Shown here one piece after another: positions 28,802 to 38,303 of a stretch of 64,000 bases of DNA. The stretch lies in NCBI GenBank assembly GCA_020059465.1, contig JAGVBZ010000041.1:9112-73111 (forward strand), given 5' to 3'. A program made the translations under genes and the position numbers. Under the pieces are notes generated by a model. That model ran no database searches, had not been told where the DNA came from, and worked only from the letters and a program-made list of their open reading frames with translations. Every line of letters starts with the position of its first letter. Position 1 is the stretch's first letter. The stretch is from Brevinematales bacterium (GTDB lineage: Bacteria; Spirochaetota; Brevinematia; Brevinematales; GWF1-51-8).

Positions 28802-29851
28802 ATGACGGAAAAAGAAGTACTGGACGCGCTATCCCGCGTGATGGATCCCGAACTCGGACGGAATATCGTCGAACTCGGAATGGTTAAAAACCTGAAGGTG
28901 GACGGCGAGAAGGTTGATTTCGACCTTGAACTCACCACCGCCGCCTGTCCGCTGAAGGATGTGATGAAGAAAAACGCCGAAGCTGTGTTATTAAAGCTCG
29001 GCGCCTCGGAGATAGAAGTCCGTGTGACCAGCAGGAGTATCGCCGCACAATCGGCGCAAAACTCGTTTATATCGCCGGATACATTCGAAGAAATCCGGGG
29101 GATTATCCCGGTCTACAGCTCGAAGGGCGGTGTCGGGAAATCTACCGTAGCAGTGAACCTCGCGGCGGCGCTCGCGAAACGCGGCGTGAAAACCGCGCTC
29201 CTCGACCTCGATATCTACGGCCCGAGCATCCCGCGTATGATGGGGATTTCCGGAACTCCGGCGGTCTTCGGAAATAAACTTGTCCCGCCGATCAAGCACG
29301 GTATCCAGGTGATGTCGATGGGGTTTCTCGCCGGGGACGCCGACCGTCCCCTGATCTGGCGCGCCCCGCTCGCTAATTCGGCGGTCAAGCAGTTGTTCGA
29401 GGATACCGCGTGGTCGGACGTCGATTACCTGATTGTCGACCTTCCCCCCGGCACGGGAGATATCCCGCTGACGTTCGCGCAGAATATCCCCATCTCCGGG
29501 GCGGTGTTTGTCACCACTCCCCAGTCGGTAGCGTTGGACGAAACCCGGCGCAGCGTATCGATGTTCCGCCAGTTGGATATCCCGATTCTCGGACTGGTGC
29601 TTAATATGGCGGATTTCGTCTGTCCGCATTGCGGGAAACCGACCCCGCTCTATCCCGAAGCCGGGGAACTGAAAACCCTCGAAGCATCGGGAGTCCCGGT
29701 TCTCGCGCGGCTTCCGCTCGATCCGTCGGTCGCGGCCGGAGGAGATAACGGTTCCCCCACAGTGATTGAATTTCCCGATAGCGAAACCGCGAAACAATAT
29801 ACTTCGCTCGTGGAACAGATACAAGCCCAAATCTGCCGGGCATCCGTATGA
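28802..29851 (+). CDS. Mrp/ApbC/NBP35-type iron-sulfur cluster carrier ATPase with N-terminal DUF59
   Basis: DUF59-like N-terminus (DPELGRNIVELGMV), deviant Walker A SSKGGVGKST and a CPHCG motif. Confidence 0.9.
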   Translation: MTEKEVLDALSRVMDPELGRNIVELGMVKNLKVDGEKVDFDLELTTAACPLKDVMKKNAEAVLLKLGASEIEVRVTSRSIAAQSAQNSFISPDTFEEIRGIIPVYSSKGGVGKSTVAVNLAAALAKRGVKTALLDLDIYGPSIPRMMGISGTPAVFGNKLVPPIKHGIQVMSMGFLAGDADRPLIWRAPLANSAVKQLFEDTAWSDVDYLIVDLPPGTGDIPLTFAQNIPISGAVFVTTPQSVALDETRRSVSMFRQLDIPILGLVLNMADFVCPHCGKPTPLYPEAGELKTLEASGVPVLARLPLDPSVAAGGDNGSPTVIEFPDSETAKQYTSLVEQIQAQICRASV

Positions 29852-30621
29852 TAGAGCTCCACGGCGTTTCGTTCGTCCGCGACAGCCATATCCTGCTCGA
29901 TCATATCGACTGGACTATCGGCGAGGGCGAGCGTTGGATACTCTACGGCCATAACGGCAGCGGAAAATCGCTGACCCTCCAGATTATCGAGGGATATTTA
30001 TGGCCAAGTTCGGGAAGCGTGAGCTGGTTCGGCAACCCCGCCGGGACATACGATACCCGTGAGATACGGAAGCTCACCGGATACTTCGGGCAGGCGGTGA
30101 AGAACCTGATCAAGCCGGACGCCGACGTGATGCGGCTGATTATCGGCGGAAAGTTCGCGACTGTTGGGCTGTACGACGATTATACTCCCGCGGATAAAAA
30201 ACGCGCGGAAGAACTGATATCGCTGACCGGTTGCACGGGGCTGGAGGAACGGACGTACTCGACGTTATCCGACGGCGAGAAAGTGAGGGTACTGATCGCG
30301 CGGAGCCTGATGCCGTCGCCGAAACTTCTGGTGCTCGACGAACCCTGCGCCGGGCTGGATATCGCGGGGCGCGAGATGCTCCTGAAAGTACTGTCTGATA
30401 TCGGCGCAAGCCATCCCGACATGTCTATCCTGTTCGTCACACACCATGTCGAGGAGATCATCCCCGAGTTCACGAAAATCCTAATCCTGAAGAAGGGGCA
30501 TGTTTTCCGGCGCGGGAGCACCGGGGAAATCCTTTCCGGGGAAGTATTAAGCGAAGCGCTGGGTATCCCGTTGGAACTCGGAAAAGAAAACAACCGTTAC
30601 TGGTGCAAATTGAAAATATAA
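29848..30621 (+). CDS. ABC transporter ATP-binding protein (stand-alone, no permease adjacent)
   Basis: Walker A GHNGSGKS, signature LSDGE, Walker B LLVLDEP. ATGA overlap with the upstream gene. Confidence 0.85.
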   Translation: MIELHGVSFVRDSHILLDHIDWTIGEGERWILYGHNGSGKSLTLQIIEGYLWPSSGSVSWFGNPAGTYDTREIRKLTGYFGQAVKNLIKPDADVMRLIIGGKFATVGLYDDYTPADKKRAEELISLTGCTGLEERTYSTLSDGEKVRVLIARSLMPSPKLLVLDEPCAGLDIAGREMLLKVLSDIGASHPDMSILFVTHHVEEIIPEFTKILILKKGHVFRRGSTGEILSGEVLSEALGIPLELGKENNRYWCKLKI

Positions 30622-30626
30622 TTTTC

Positions 30627-30655
30627 TTGACAGGATTTCAGAAATCCCTTATAAT
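30627..30655 (+). promoter_or_regulatory. consensus sigma70-type promoter upstream of tRNA-Phe
   Basis: TTGACA (30627-30632), 17-nt spacer, TATAAT (30650-30655). The tRNA starts at 30670. Confidence 0.55.
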
Positions 30656-30669
30656 ATTGAACATTTTAA

Positions 30670-30742
<73 letters not shown>

Positions 30743-30743
30743 A

Positions 30744-30786
30744 AGAAATCCATCCTCACAGGATGGGGATGGGTTTCTTTATTTTA
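30744..30786 (+). terminator. hairpin plus T-rich tail downstream of tRNA-Phe
   Basis: agaaatccatcc (30744-30755) pairs with ggatgggtttct (30767-30778) with one mismatch. It is followed by ttatttt. Confidence 0.45.
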
Positions 30787-30808
30787 GCTTGTCAGACAGG
30801 AGCGAAAA

Positions 30809-30976
30809 ATGAAAAGAACATATCAGCCCAGTAGAATCAAAAGACTGCGCAAACACGGCTTCCGCGAGAGAATGAGTTCCGCCGACGGACGCGCCGTACT
30901 CGCACGCCGCCGTCAGAAAGGACGCAAAAAATTAACGGTATCCGATGAAAAGCGATTTATCCTTTTCAAACAATAA
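30809..30976 (+). CDS. rpmH: 50S ribosomal protein L34 (with short C-terminal extension)
   Basis: My own translation gives [55 protein letters not shown]. This ORF is below the size cutoff of the supplied ORF track. Confidence 0.85.
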   Translation: MKRTYQPSRIKRLRKHGFRERMSSADGRAVLARRRQKGRKKLTVSDEKRFILFKQ

Positions 30977-31298
30977 CCGGATAAAAAAAAGTCCCGAATT
31001 TCAGGCTATCTATAAAAACGGTAACAAAATAAGCGGGTATTATTACTCCGCTTTTTTTTTGCCTTCGGTGTCAGAATTTTCCCGTCTGGGTATCTCCGTC
31101 CCGAAACGCCACGGCAACGCAGTATTCCGAAACCGTCAGAAGCGGGTCGTCCGCGACGTGTTCCGTCACAGGCGCGCGGAGTTTACGGCTCCGGTCGATA
31201 CCGTGATCCTTATGAACCGCGACCCGCGCGACGATTCCCGGAAGCGCGAAGACCTTGAAAAACTATTCGGGCGGATTATCGAAAAATGCAATTCCTGA
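30945..31298 (+). CDS. rnpA: ribonuclease P protein component
   Basis: Basic ~117-aa protein (FQAIYKNG...[21 protein letters not shown]) directly after rpmH. Its start lies inside the rpmH 3' end. Confidence 0.85.
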   Translation: MKSDLSFSNNNRIKKSPEFQAIYKNGNKISGYYYSAFFLPSVSEFSRLGISVPKRHGNAVFRNRQKRVVRDVFRHRRAEFTAPVDTVILMNRDPRDDSRKREDLEKLFGRIIEKCNS

Positions 31299-31600
31299 AA
31301 AAGGTGCTGATGTTCTTCCGCCAGATTTACGTGTTCCCCATCCGTATCTACCAGAAAATCATCTCCCCCGTCCTGCCGCCGTCGTGCCTTTACGAACCGT
31401 CATGCTCGGAGTACGCCAAGCAGGCGATCCTCCGTTTCGGCATCCTCCCCGGCACGCTCTTGGGGATAACCCGCATCTTCCGCTGCAACTCGGCGTTCTT
31501 TACCGGGGGCGACGACCCGTTACCGGAGAAGTTCACGTTCCGCGCGATCGGCGAGGGCTACGGTAAATTCAAACGATTCGGTAAGAAGAAAAAAGATTAA
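31286..31600 (+). CDS. yidD: membrane protein insertion efficiency factor YidD
   Basis: IRIYQKIISPVLPPSCLYEPSCSEYAKQAILRFG is the YidD signature. Confidence 0.85.
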   Translation: MQFLKKVLMFFRQIYVFPIRIYQKIISPVLPPSCLYEPSCSEYAKQAILRFGILPGTLLGITRIFRCNSAFFTGGDDPLPEKFTFRAIGEGYGKFKRFGKKKKD

Positions 31601-31676
31601 TTTCATTTCCGGCGCCCGGTTTCCGATGTTATTATCAGGGATAGGCCGCAATTAAGAAAATTTTTAAGAGGCGGCT

Positions 31677-32075
31677 ATGAAAATTTTATTTATCGGTTCA
31701 GAGTTCATCGGACGCAACGTCCAATCACTACTTCTCCACGATAACAAAGACCATGCATTCGCGCTGGTCAGGGATTTTGTCAACGCGTGCTCGATCCTCA
31801 ACAAATGGGAACCCGATCTTGTGATCCACGAATGGGACGAGGACGACTGCTCGCTCACCATGCAGGAGCTGGCGTATGCCCACGGCGTACCCGTGCTCGC
31901 GCTTACCCCGGAGCTTTCCCCCGACGTGCGCCACATCCTCAACCGGATCGACCGCACCGAGACCCTCGATAAGCCGGATACCCGTTATATCATGACCTCG
32001 GCGTTCCATCACCGCCTGACCGCGTCCGTGCGCCGGCTCGAGACGGTAATCAAGCCGAAGCGCCACGCCGCGTAG
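31677..32075 (+). CDS. receiver-like (CheY-fold) protein lacking the phospho-acceptor aspartate
   Basis: The MKILFIGSE...PDLVIHEWDEDD...VPVLALT...LDKP layout mirrors a receiver domain. The DD pocket reads GSE and the D57-equivalent reads H. Confidence 0.45.
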   Translation: MKILFIGSEFIGRNVQSLLLHDNKDHAFALVRDFVNACSILNKWEPDLVIHEWDEDDCSLTMQELAYAHGVPVLALTPELSPDVRHILNRIDRTETLDKPDTRYIMTSAFHHRLTASVRRLETVIKPKRHAA

Positions 32076-32460
32076 CGTTCCCCGACAAGTTCGGAATGAC
32101 AGCTTCCAGACAGGATACTTCGACTGCGCCACCGCTCTGCGAGGACAGGCTCTGTATCCGATGTACGGCTGCCGAGTTATCACGATTTTGCAGAGCAATA
32201 TATCGAGGCTTGGTTTTCAGACGTCCATCTCAGCAGGGGAATCCCCACTAACGTTCCTTGACATGCCCGGAGTGACTTATCCTTTCTCGCTTGTAACTTT
32301 TCCCGCAATCCTCTATAATATGGTCGCTTTTAATAACCGCCTTCTCAAGGCGGCAATGAAGCGACCATTGGGCGGATTGATTGTGAATATATATTCATGC
32401 GTGATAAATGTTTATGGTCTTTGGAATCGCCCTTATTTGCGTCACAAACCGGGAGCGCCT

Positions 32461-33156
32461 ATGCGTGAAAAAAGCATCGTACTTCTATCCGGCGGACTGG
32501 ACTCCGTCGTCAATTTTAAAAAAGCCCACGACAAGACCGGTATCGCGCTTGTGCTGACGTTCGACTACGGGCAGGAATCCGCAGTGAGGGAGATCGAGTC
32601 CGCGGGCGGGATAGCGCGGGAATACAGCGTACCGTTCAGGAGTATCGCGCTCGAATGGATGCGGGATATTGACAAGGGGCTGACCGCCGGGAATATTCCC
32701 GACTACGACCCGTCGCGGCTGGACGATATGACCTACGCCGCCGGGACCGCCAAAGCGGTGTGGGTGCCGAACCGGAACGGGGTGATGATCAATATCGCGG
32801 CGGCGTTCGCGGAATCCCTCGGCGCGGATTATATCGTGGTCGGGTTCAACAAGGAGGAAGGGGCGACCTTCCCGGACAATACCCCGGAGTATATCGAACA
32901 GGTCAACCGTTCGCTCGAATATTCCACCCTCACGAAAGCGAAAGTTATCTGCTATACGTTGCCGATGATAAAGACGGAAATCGTCCGGTTCGGCATGGAA
33001 ATCGGGGCGCCGTTCGCGCACCTATGGAGCTGTTATCACGGCGGCAATCAGATGTGCGGAAAATGCGAATCGTGCAGGCGGCTCTTGCGCGCGCTCGGTG
33101 AAACCGGATATCTGGACGAATTCCTGAAGGTTCACCGGAAAGGATTTGAAAGTTAA
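32461..33156 (+). CDS. queC: 7-cyano-7-deazaguanine synthase
   Basis: SIVLLSGGLDS PP-loop and C-terminal zinc motif CYHGGNQMCGKCESC. Start set at the ATG at 32461. The upstream 300 nt of the ORF look non-coding. Confidence 0.9.
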   Translation: MREKSIVLLSGGLDSVVNFKKAHDKTGIALVLTFDYGQESAVREIESAGGIAREYSVPFRSIALEWMRDIDKGLTAGNIPDYDPSRLDDMTYAAGTAKAVWVPNRNGVMINIAAAFAESLGADYIVVGFNKEEGATFPDNTPEYIEQVNRSLEYSTLTKAKVICYTLPMIKTEIVRFGMEIGAPFAHLWSCYHGGNQMCGKCESCRRLLRALGETGYLDEFLKVHRKGFES

Positions 33157-33165
33157 GGAGTGCGT

Positions 33166-33723
33166 ATGGAGTTTTGTTTTATCAAGAAGGAAATCAAATA
33201 CGACGGCAGTCAGCTCAGTTCTCATTTCGCCTATAAAGAGTTCGGTATATCAGGCAACAGTATCGTAGCGTTCATCGGCCCGGTGGACGTAAATATCAAG
33301 AAGATGGTCGATATCGAAGACGTACGGAATAACCAGTCGATATCCGGCAACAGGATGCTGAATTTCATAGTCGAGGTGTTCGATAATGATCTCCGCGCGG
33401 GGATATGGATGCAGCGGCTTCTGATGGCGATTATCGCCGACGACCTCAATAAACGCCTCAAGGGTTTCAAGGTCATCCGCGAAGGGGACGACCTTTTCTA
33501 TAACAAGCTGAAACTCTCGGTGTCGATCGCCACGGTCAGCCCGGTATCGGTGATGATCCATTCCGCGCTCAACCTGGTATCGACCGGGACCCCCATCCCT
33601 GTATCGTGCCTGCATGAGATGAAGATCGAGCCGGTAGAATTCGCGCTCGGCATCCTCGAATCGTTCGCGCGGGAATTCAAGGGAGTGGATTTTGCGCGGG
33701 TGAAAGTCAATTGGGTGAAATAA
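33166..33723 (+). CDS. conserved hypothetical protein, possibly DUF366-like (family label unverified)
   Basis: AAGGAG RBS 6 nt before the ATG at 33166. It lies 10 nt downstream of queC. The family assignment comes only from my recollection. Confidence 0.4.
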   Translation: MEFCFIKKEIKYDGSQLSSHFAYKEFGISGNSIVAFIGPVDVNIKKMVDIEDVRNNQSISGNRMLNFIVEVFDNDLRAGIWMQRLLMAIIADDLNKRLKGFKVIREGDDLFYNKLKLSVSIATVSPVSVMIHSALNLVSTGTPIPVSCLHEMKIEPVEFALGILESFAREFKGVDFARVKVNWVK

Positions 33724-34472
33724 TGAAAGATAAAAGATGTCTGTATACTCTTTCCGTGATTCTCGCGTTATCGGTACTCTCCTGCGGGGCGGCTCAATCG
33801 ACGGTACAGCCGCAGGATAAAACCCCGAAGAAGCCCGTTAAGGTATTCGTCATCAATAAAACTCCTATAGCGCTCGCGGACGACGCCTCGCTTAAGTACT
33901 ATCCGGGCGGAAATCCCGAACAGGGCGTCCTATCGTCGAACACAATGATCGATACCGGCCCGCTCAAGGTCATGCTGGCGAAGGAGAAGCAGATAGGCTT
34001 CTATTCCGACCAGACCGTCCGATGGGCATACCTCGCGGAACCGGTGAAAATATACGGTATCCCGTTCAGGACGAACCGTATTGAGTTCTACCCCGGCGGT
34101 AAACTCATGAACGCTTATCCCGCCGAGGGTCAGAAGATCAAGGGATACGCTCCGGTGGACGATTATCCGGTGTTTTTCCACGAGACCGGCGCTGTGAAAC
34201 TGATGATACCCGCCGGTTCTATCACTGTCGATGAAATCAAATTCCTTTCCAATACAATGGTCTCGTTCTACAGTACAGGGATGGTACAGCGGGGTATCCT
34301 CGCGGGGGATACCGTTCTCTACGGCCTGACGCTTAAGGGCGGAACGCCGCTCATCCTTTATCCCGACGGGAATATCTGGATGGCGACACTCGCGAAACCT
34401 GCGTCCATAAAGGGAAAGAAGCTGAAAACGGGCGAGTCCGTCAGCTTCAACCTGCTGGGAGAACTTGAATAA
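33723..34472 (+). CDS. lipoprotein with MORN-variant-like repeats
   Basis: Lipobox LSVLSCG. About five repeats of the form (F/L)YP(G/D)G.......A. The ATG overlaps the upstream stop (TAATG). Confidence 0.5.
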   Translation: MKDKRCLYTLSVILALSVLSCGAAQSTVQPQDKTPKKPVKVFVINKTPIALADDASLKYYPGGNPEQGVLSSNTMIDTGPLKVMLAKEKQIGFYSDQTVRWAYLAEPVKIYGIPFRTNRIEFYPGGKLMNAYPAEGQKIKGYAPVDDYPVFFHETGAVKLMIPAGSITVDEIKFLSNTMVSFYSTGMVQRGILAGDTVLYGLTLKGGTPLILYPDGNIWMATLAKPASIKGKKLKTGESVSFNLLGELE

Positions 34473-34488
34473 ACATTAAGGGGCATGC

Positions 34489-35130
34489 ATGTTCACCGGA
34501 ATAATCCGCCAAACAGGCAAGGTCATATCGATGAAACAGTCCGGCGACGGGAAACGTCTTACCATATCCGCGCCCGGGGAGTTCCTATCTAAAATCGAGA
34601 AGGGCATCACCAGTATCGCTATCGACGGGGCATGCCATACCGCCGAGGCGTTCGACGGCGCGGGGTTCACGGTCTATTCGAGTTTCGAGACCCTCCGCCG
34701 TACGACTATCGGCGCTCTCAAACCGGGCGCGGCCGTCAATCTCGAACTACCGCTCACCCCGCAATCCCTGATGGACGGGCATATCGTGCAGGGGCATGTT
34801 GACGGAATCGGCAAGATCGTATCCGCGGAACAGAAGGGCGAATCGCGCCTTTATACCTTCTCGCTCCCGAAAGAACTTGTGTTCTATCTGGTTGAAAAAG
34901 ACTCAGTCGCGATAGACGGTATCAGCCTCACTGTGTTCGAAATCCGCGATACTCAGTTTAAGGTTGCGGTCATCCCGGAGACTATCGCGAACACGGGATT
35001 GCCGGATAAAGCGCCGGGCGACCCTGTGAATATCGAGGTAAATATTCTCGCGAAATACGCTGCGAAAATGGGAGGGAAGTCCCCAGCAGACGATAAAAAC
35101 CGGAAAATAAAGGACTGGATGAATCAATAA
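34489..35130 (+). CDS. ribE: riboflavin synthase (alpha chain)
   Basis: MFTGIIRQTGKV... and two lumazine-binding repeats (SIAIDGACHT / SVAIDGISLTV). Confidence 0.9.
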   Translation: MFTGIIRQTGKVISMKQSGDGKRLTISAPGEFLSKIEKGITSIAIDGACHTAEAFDGAGFTVYSSFETLRRTTIGALKPGAAVNLELPLTPQSLMDGHIVQGHVDGIGKIVSAEQKGESRLYTFSLPKELVFYLVEKDSVAIDGISLTVFEIRDTQFKVAVIPETIANTGLPDKAPGDPVNIEVNILAKYAAKMGGKSPADDKNRKIKDWMNQ

Positions 35131-35139
35131 GAGGCGAAA

Positions 35140-35607
35140 ATGAAATTTTTGCGAGCGATTCTCAGGAATTCCGATGCGGGGGTCGTCTTAGGCGCATTTC
35201 TCCTGACTGGGCTGCCCATACTTTTAACCGGGTTGTTCGAGATTTCAAATATTTTTTCACTATACAAAGCATTCCATAAAACCGAGGGCGTGGTCGTCGG
35301 AAATAAGTATAAGAAATTATCGGAAACCTCGACATCTTACTTTCCTATGGTCGTATTCTATACGCCGGACGAAACAAAATTCCAAATCACCGACCCGGTC
35401 GGAACATTTAAGGAAGAATATCTTGCCGGCGATAAAGTGCCGATTCTCTATGAACCCAGCGCTCCTACGAATGCACGGATTAACACTTGGATGAGGATAT
35501 GGTTTGAGAGTTATATCCCCATCGGGCTTGGTATCCTATTAATCGCCGCCGGATTCTTGATCGCAAGAAACATTATCCGTAAAGCGGAAGCTGGGGCGAA
35601 AAAATAA
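35140..35607 (+). CDS. membrane protein, DUF3592-like
   Basis: An N-terminal and a C-terminal TM segment flank a small beta domain (EGVVVGNKY...PILYEPSAP). Confidence 0.45.
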   Translation: MKFLRAILRNSDAGVVLGAFLLTGLPILLTGLFEISNIFSLYKAFHKTEGVVVGNKYKKLSETSTSYFPMVVFYTPDETKFQITDPVGTFKEEYLAGDKVPILYEPSAPTNARINTWMRIWFESYIPIGLGILLIAAGFLIARNIIRKAEAGAKK

Positions 35608-35635
35608 AATTATTGGATTTTACGCCGCTTTCGGT

Positions 35636-36412
35636 TTAACCCTTTCCCTTCCTGATAACCAAAGTCGAGCAGGTTACCTTGTTTTCAATAATATCTGTTT
35701 CCTTTTCCTGTTTCTTTATATAATTCAGAAACAAGTCCTCTTTCTCAGGGTACTTTTCAATCAGCTCATGACATCTTTTTGGAAGGGCGCTGAATGATAG
35801 ATCAATTTCCTTTACTTCCTCGGATGTCGATTGCTTCTCGTCTATCAGCCTCATACCCGATTTTTCAATCTTCTCCAGTATTTCATGCCGTTTTTCCATT
35901 CTCGGGTGTTGAAAATCACTATCGTCTTCTATTATCCCGTCGTCGATAATAATCAGGCCTCCCGCTTTCAGACATCCTGAAAGCGCGGATAGGGTTTGAT
36001 AGTAATCACCGAAAACAGGGCCGATTGCTCCGAGAATTATTATATCATAATCCTTCAGCGTATGGATACGTTTTCTGATGTCTCCCGTCTCGAATTCGCA
36101 GAGTTTGTCCGCTCCATACTCGGCGGCCTTCCGGCGGGCTATGTCTATAAATTCTTCGATCGCGTCGACGCCCATGCACCGGCATCCGAATTTTTTCGAC
36201 AATGTTACAGATACCGCACCCTTCCCGCAGCCGAGATCCAGGATTCGAAGGTTCGAAGGGACTGGAATGTGTTTTTCGATCAGTTCCGCGATTATTTCCG
36301 GCGACGCCCCTATCTCCCATGTATCCTGAAGAATATAAGGCAGATACGGGAATATTTCCGCATCGGCACCATCCATCGATGTGATAACCACGCTTTCTTC
36401 TATCGACTTCAT
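35636..36412 (-). CDS. class I SAM-dependent methyltransferase
   Basis: ILDLGCGKGAVS motif I and the downstream DIIILGAIG. Confidence 0.8.
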   Translation of the reverse strand: MKSIEESVVITSMDGADAEIFPYLPYILQDTWEIGASPEIIAELIEKHIPVPSNLRILDLGCGKGAVSVTLSKKFGCRCMGVDAIEEFIDIARRKAAEYGADKLCEFETGDIRKRIHTLKDYDIIILGAIGPVFGDYYQTLSALSGCLKAGGLIIIDDGIIEDDSDFQHPRMEKRHEILEKIEKSGMRLIDEKQSTSEEVKEIDLSFSALPKRCHELIEKYPEKEDLFLNYIKKQEKETDIIENKVTCSTLVIRKGKG

Positions 36413-36509
36413 ATCTTCACCCCCGGATTTTTATGACCCCTGAATATATTTAATATATGGAAATTATACCGATCTTCCCATCCCGTGTCAATTCTGAAAT
36501 TTAATTATT

Positions 36510-36538
36510 TTGCCAAACGGGATGATTCCTATTATAAT
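36510..36538 (+). promoter_or_regulatory. candidate sigma70-type promoter for gatC-trmB
   Basis: TTGCCA (36510-36515), 17-nt spacer, TATAAT (36533-36538). Confidence 0.4.
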
Positions 36539-36564
36539 ATTCCCATGATTTTAAGGAGAGTCCC

Positions 36565-36858
36565 ATGCCGGAAATCGGTTTGAAAGATGTTGAAAATACC
36601 GCGAAACTCGCGAAGCTCGAATTCACCGGGGCTGAAAAAGAGAAGTTCGCCGGGCAGTTTTCAAAGATCGTGAAATTTGTCGAGAAGATAAGCGAACTGA
36701 ATACGGACGATATTCCCCCCACCACGCACGCGGTCGAGAAACGGAACGTTATCCGCGAGGATTCTGTCGGCGAGTCTATGCCTATCGATGTATTCGAGAA
36801 GACCGCCCCTAAAGCATTAGACAGGAGCATCGTGGTTCCCCGCGTCATCGAACATTAA
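36565..36858 (+). CDS. gatC: Asp/Glu-tRNA amidotransferase subunit C
   Basis: VENTAKLAKLEFTGAEKEKFAGQFSKIVKFVEKISELNTDDIPPTTH is a typical GatC sequence. Confidence 0.9.
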   Translation: MPEIGLKDVENTAKLAKLEFTGAEKEKFAGQFSKIVKFVEKISELNTDDIPPTTHAVEKRNVIREDSVGESMPIDVFEKTAPKALDRSIVVPRVIEH

Positions 36859-36861
36859 AAA

Positions 36862-37464
36862 ATGATTACCAGCAAGTATTTCCAGTTCATTCCCAACGAG
36901 GTCGAAATATGCGACGAGGATTTCGATAAACGGATCGAGGGAAAGAATGTGGTTATCGATATGGGATGCGGGCATGGGGATTTTATGATCGAGTTCGCCC
37001 CCAAACGCCCCGATACCCTCTTCGTCGGGATCGAAGTGATGCGGAAACGCGCCCATAAGACCGGGCACCGTCTGGCGAAGAGAAACCTGACGAATTTTCA
37101 TATGATCGCGTCCCCCGGCGAGAAAGTCCTGAAAACCCTGTTTCCCGCAAACTCGGTCGATGAAATCCATATCAATTTTCCCGAACCTTGGCTGCGGGAA
37201 CGGTTTTGGAAGACCCGTATCCTGAAACCGACGTTTATCGTACAGGCCGCGCGCATCCTCAAGCCCGGCGGGATCCTGAATTTTGTGACCGATATCGAAA
37301 CTTACGCGAAATACGCCTCGTGGATAATTTCACGCTTCCCTTATTTCCGGAATAATTATCCCGAGCCGTACCTGAAAGATATCTATGAAGAATTCCCCAC
37401 CCTGTTCTACCGGAAGATGAGTCTGCTCCGCCATATCAACTACGTCAGCTTCAAAAGAATATAG
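36862..37464 (+). CDS. trmB: tRNA (guanine46-N7)-methyltransferase
   Basis: DMGCGHGDFMIEFA, FVGIEV and IHINFPEPW motifs. Confidence 0.85.
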   Translation: MITSKYFQFIPNEVEICDEDFDKRIEGKNVVIDMGCGHGDFMIEFAPKRPDTLFVGIEVMRKRAHKTGHRLAKRNLTNFHMIASPGEKVLKTLFPANSVDEIHINFPEPWLRERFWKTRILKPTFIVQAARILKPGGILNFVTDIETYAKYASWIISRFPYFRNNYPEPYLKDIYEEFPTLFYRKMSLLRHINYVSFKRI

Positions 37465-37638
37465 CCGCAAACGATGAATCGAATTCTATGAACGCGGCCC
37501 GAATCTTCCCGATTATTCCTTGACGCGAATAGAGTTTCATATGATAATAATGGCGATACGGAAACGCCGGAGGATTGTTTTTACCCTGAAACCGGCTCGC
37601 GATAGATGATAGTTTTATTATCTCCCCGGAGAAAGCCC

Positions 37639-38286
37639 ATGAACAATAACGATCTGGAAAAACTTATTTCCCGCCTCCCGGCAGTTCCCGGAGTACTGGG
37701 AAAGCATGAATATTTTAACCCGGCGATACTGATCCCGCTTGTGAAGATGAGCGACGGGTTTCATTTTCTATTCGAGGTACGCGCTGAGAATATCCCGCAG
37801 GGGGGCGAAGTCTGCTTCCCCGGCGGGCGTTTCAATGCATCCTCCGACTCATCCCTCGAGGATACCGCGCTGCGCGAGACGTCCGAGGAGCTCGGTCTTT
37901 CCGCCGACAGAATAAAAATACTCGGTTGCACCGATACATATATTTCCGCGCATCTGGTCGCCGTGAACGGATTCATCGGGATCCTCGATATCGTTTCCAT
38001 CGACGAGCTTCGTCCGGACCCGATGGAAGTCCAGCGTGTTTTTACTATCCCTGTCGAGTATTTCCGTAATCACCCCGCGGAAACCTATCATGCCGAATTA
38101 TGCGCAAGCCCTTATTCCAACGAGGGCGAACTGCTCTTCCCGGCGGCGGAACTCGGTCTGCCGGAACGGTATTGTCAGCCTTGGGGAACCCGCAATTATA
38201 AAATCTACGTTTACCGCACCGATCCGGTCATTTGGGGGATAACCGCCCGTTTTATCGAGGAAATTGTTTCAATGCTAAAAGCATGA
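37639..38286 (+). CDS. NUDIX hydrolase (CoA pyrophosphatase-like)
   Basis: Nudix box GGRFNASSDSSLEDTALRETSEELGL. Start set at the ATG at 37639 (the alternative is 37606). Confidence 0.75.
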   Translation: MNNNDLEKLISRLPAVPGVLGKHEYFNPAILIPLVKMSDGFHFLFEVRAENIPQGGEVCFPGGRFNASSDSSLEDTALRETSEELGLSADRIKILGCTDTYISAHLVAVNGFIGILDIVSIDELRPDPMEVQRVFTIPVEYFRNHPAETYHAELCASPYSNEGELLFPAAELGLPERYCQPWGTRNYKIYVYRTDPVIWGITARFIEEIVSMLKA

Positions 38287-38303
38287 TGCCTTTTTCATAC
38301 CGG

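Noticed and set aside
32084-32160. Possible third copy of the palindromic element (contains ggaatgacag and ctgcgaggac)
   Set aside because: Only short 8-10-nt words are shared with the two full copies, and no matching hairpin arms are present. It may be a decayed relic of a related repeat, but the evidence is not enough to call it.
32161-32460. The 100-codon N-terminal extension of the queC ORF in the supplied track
   Set aside because: The conserved QueC N-terminus (SIVLLSGGLDS) begins right after the ATG at 32461. The upstream part has no family similarity and looks like intergenic sequence that happens to be open.
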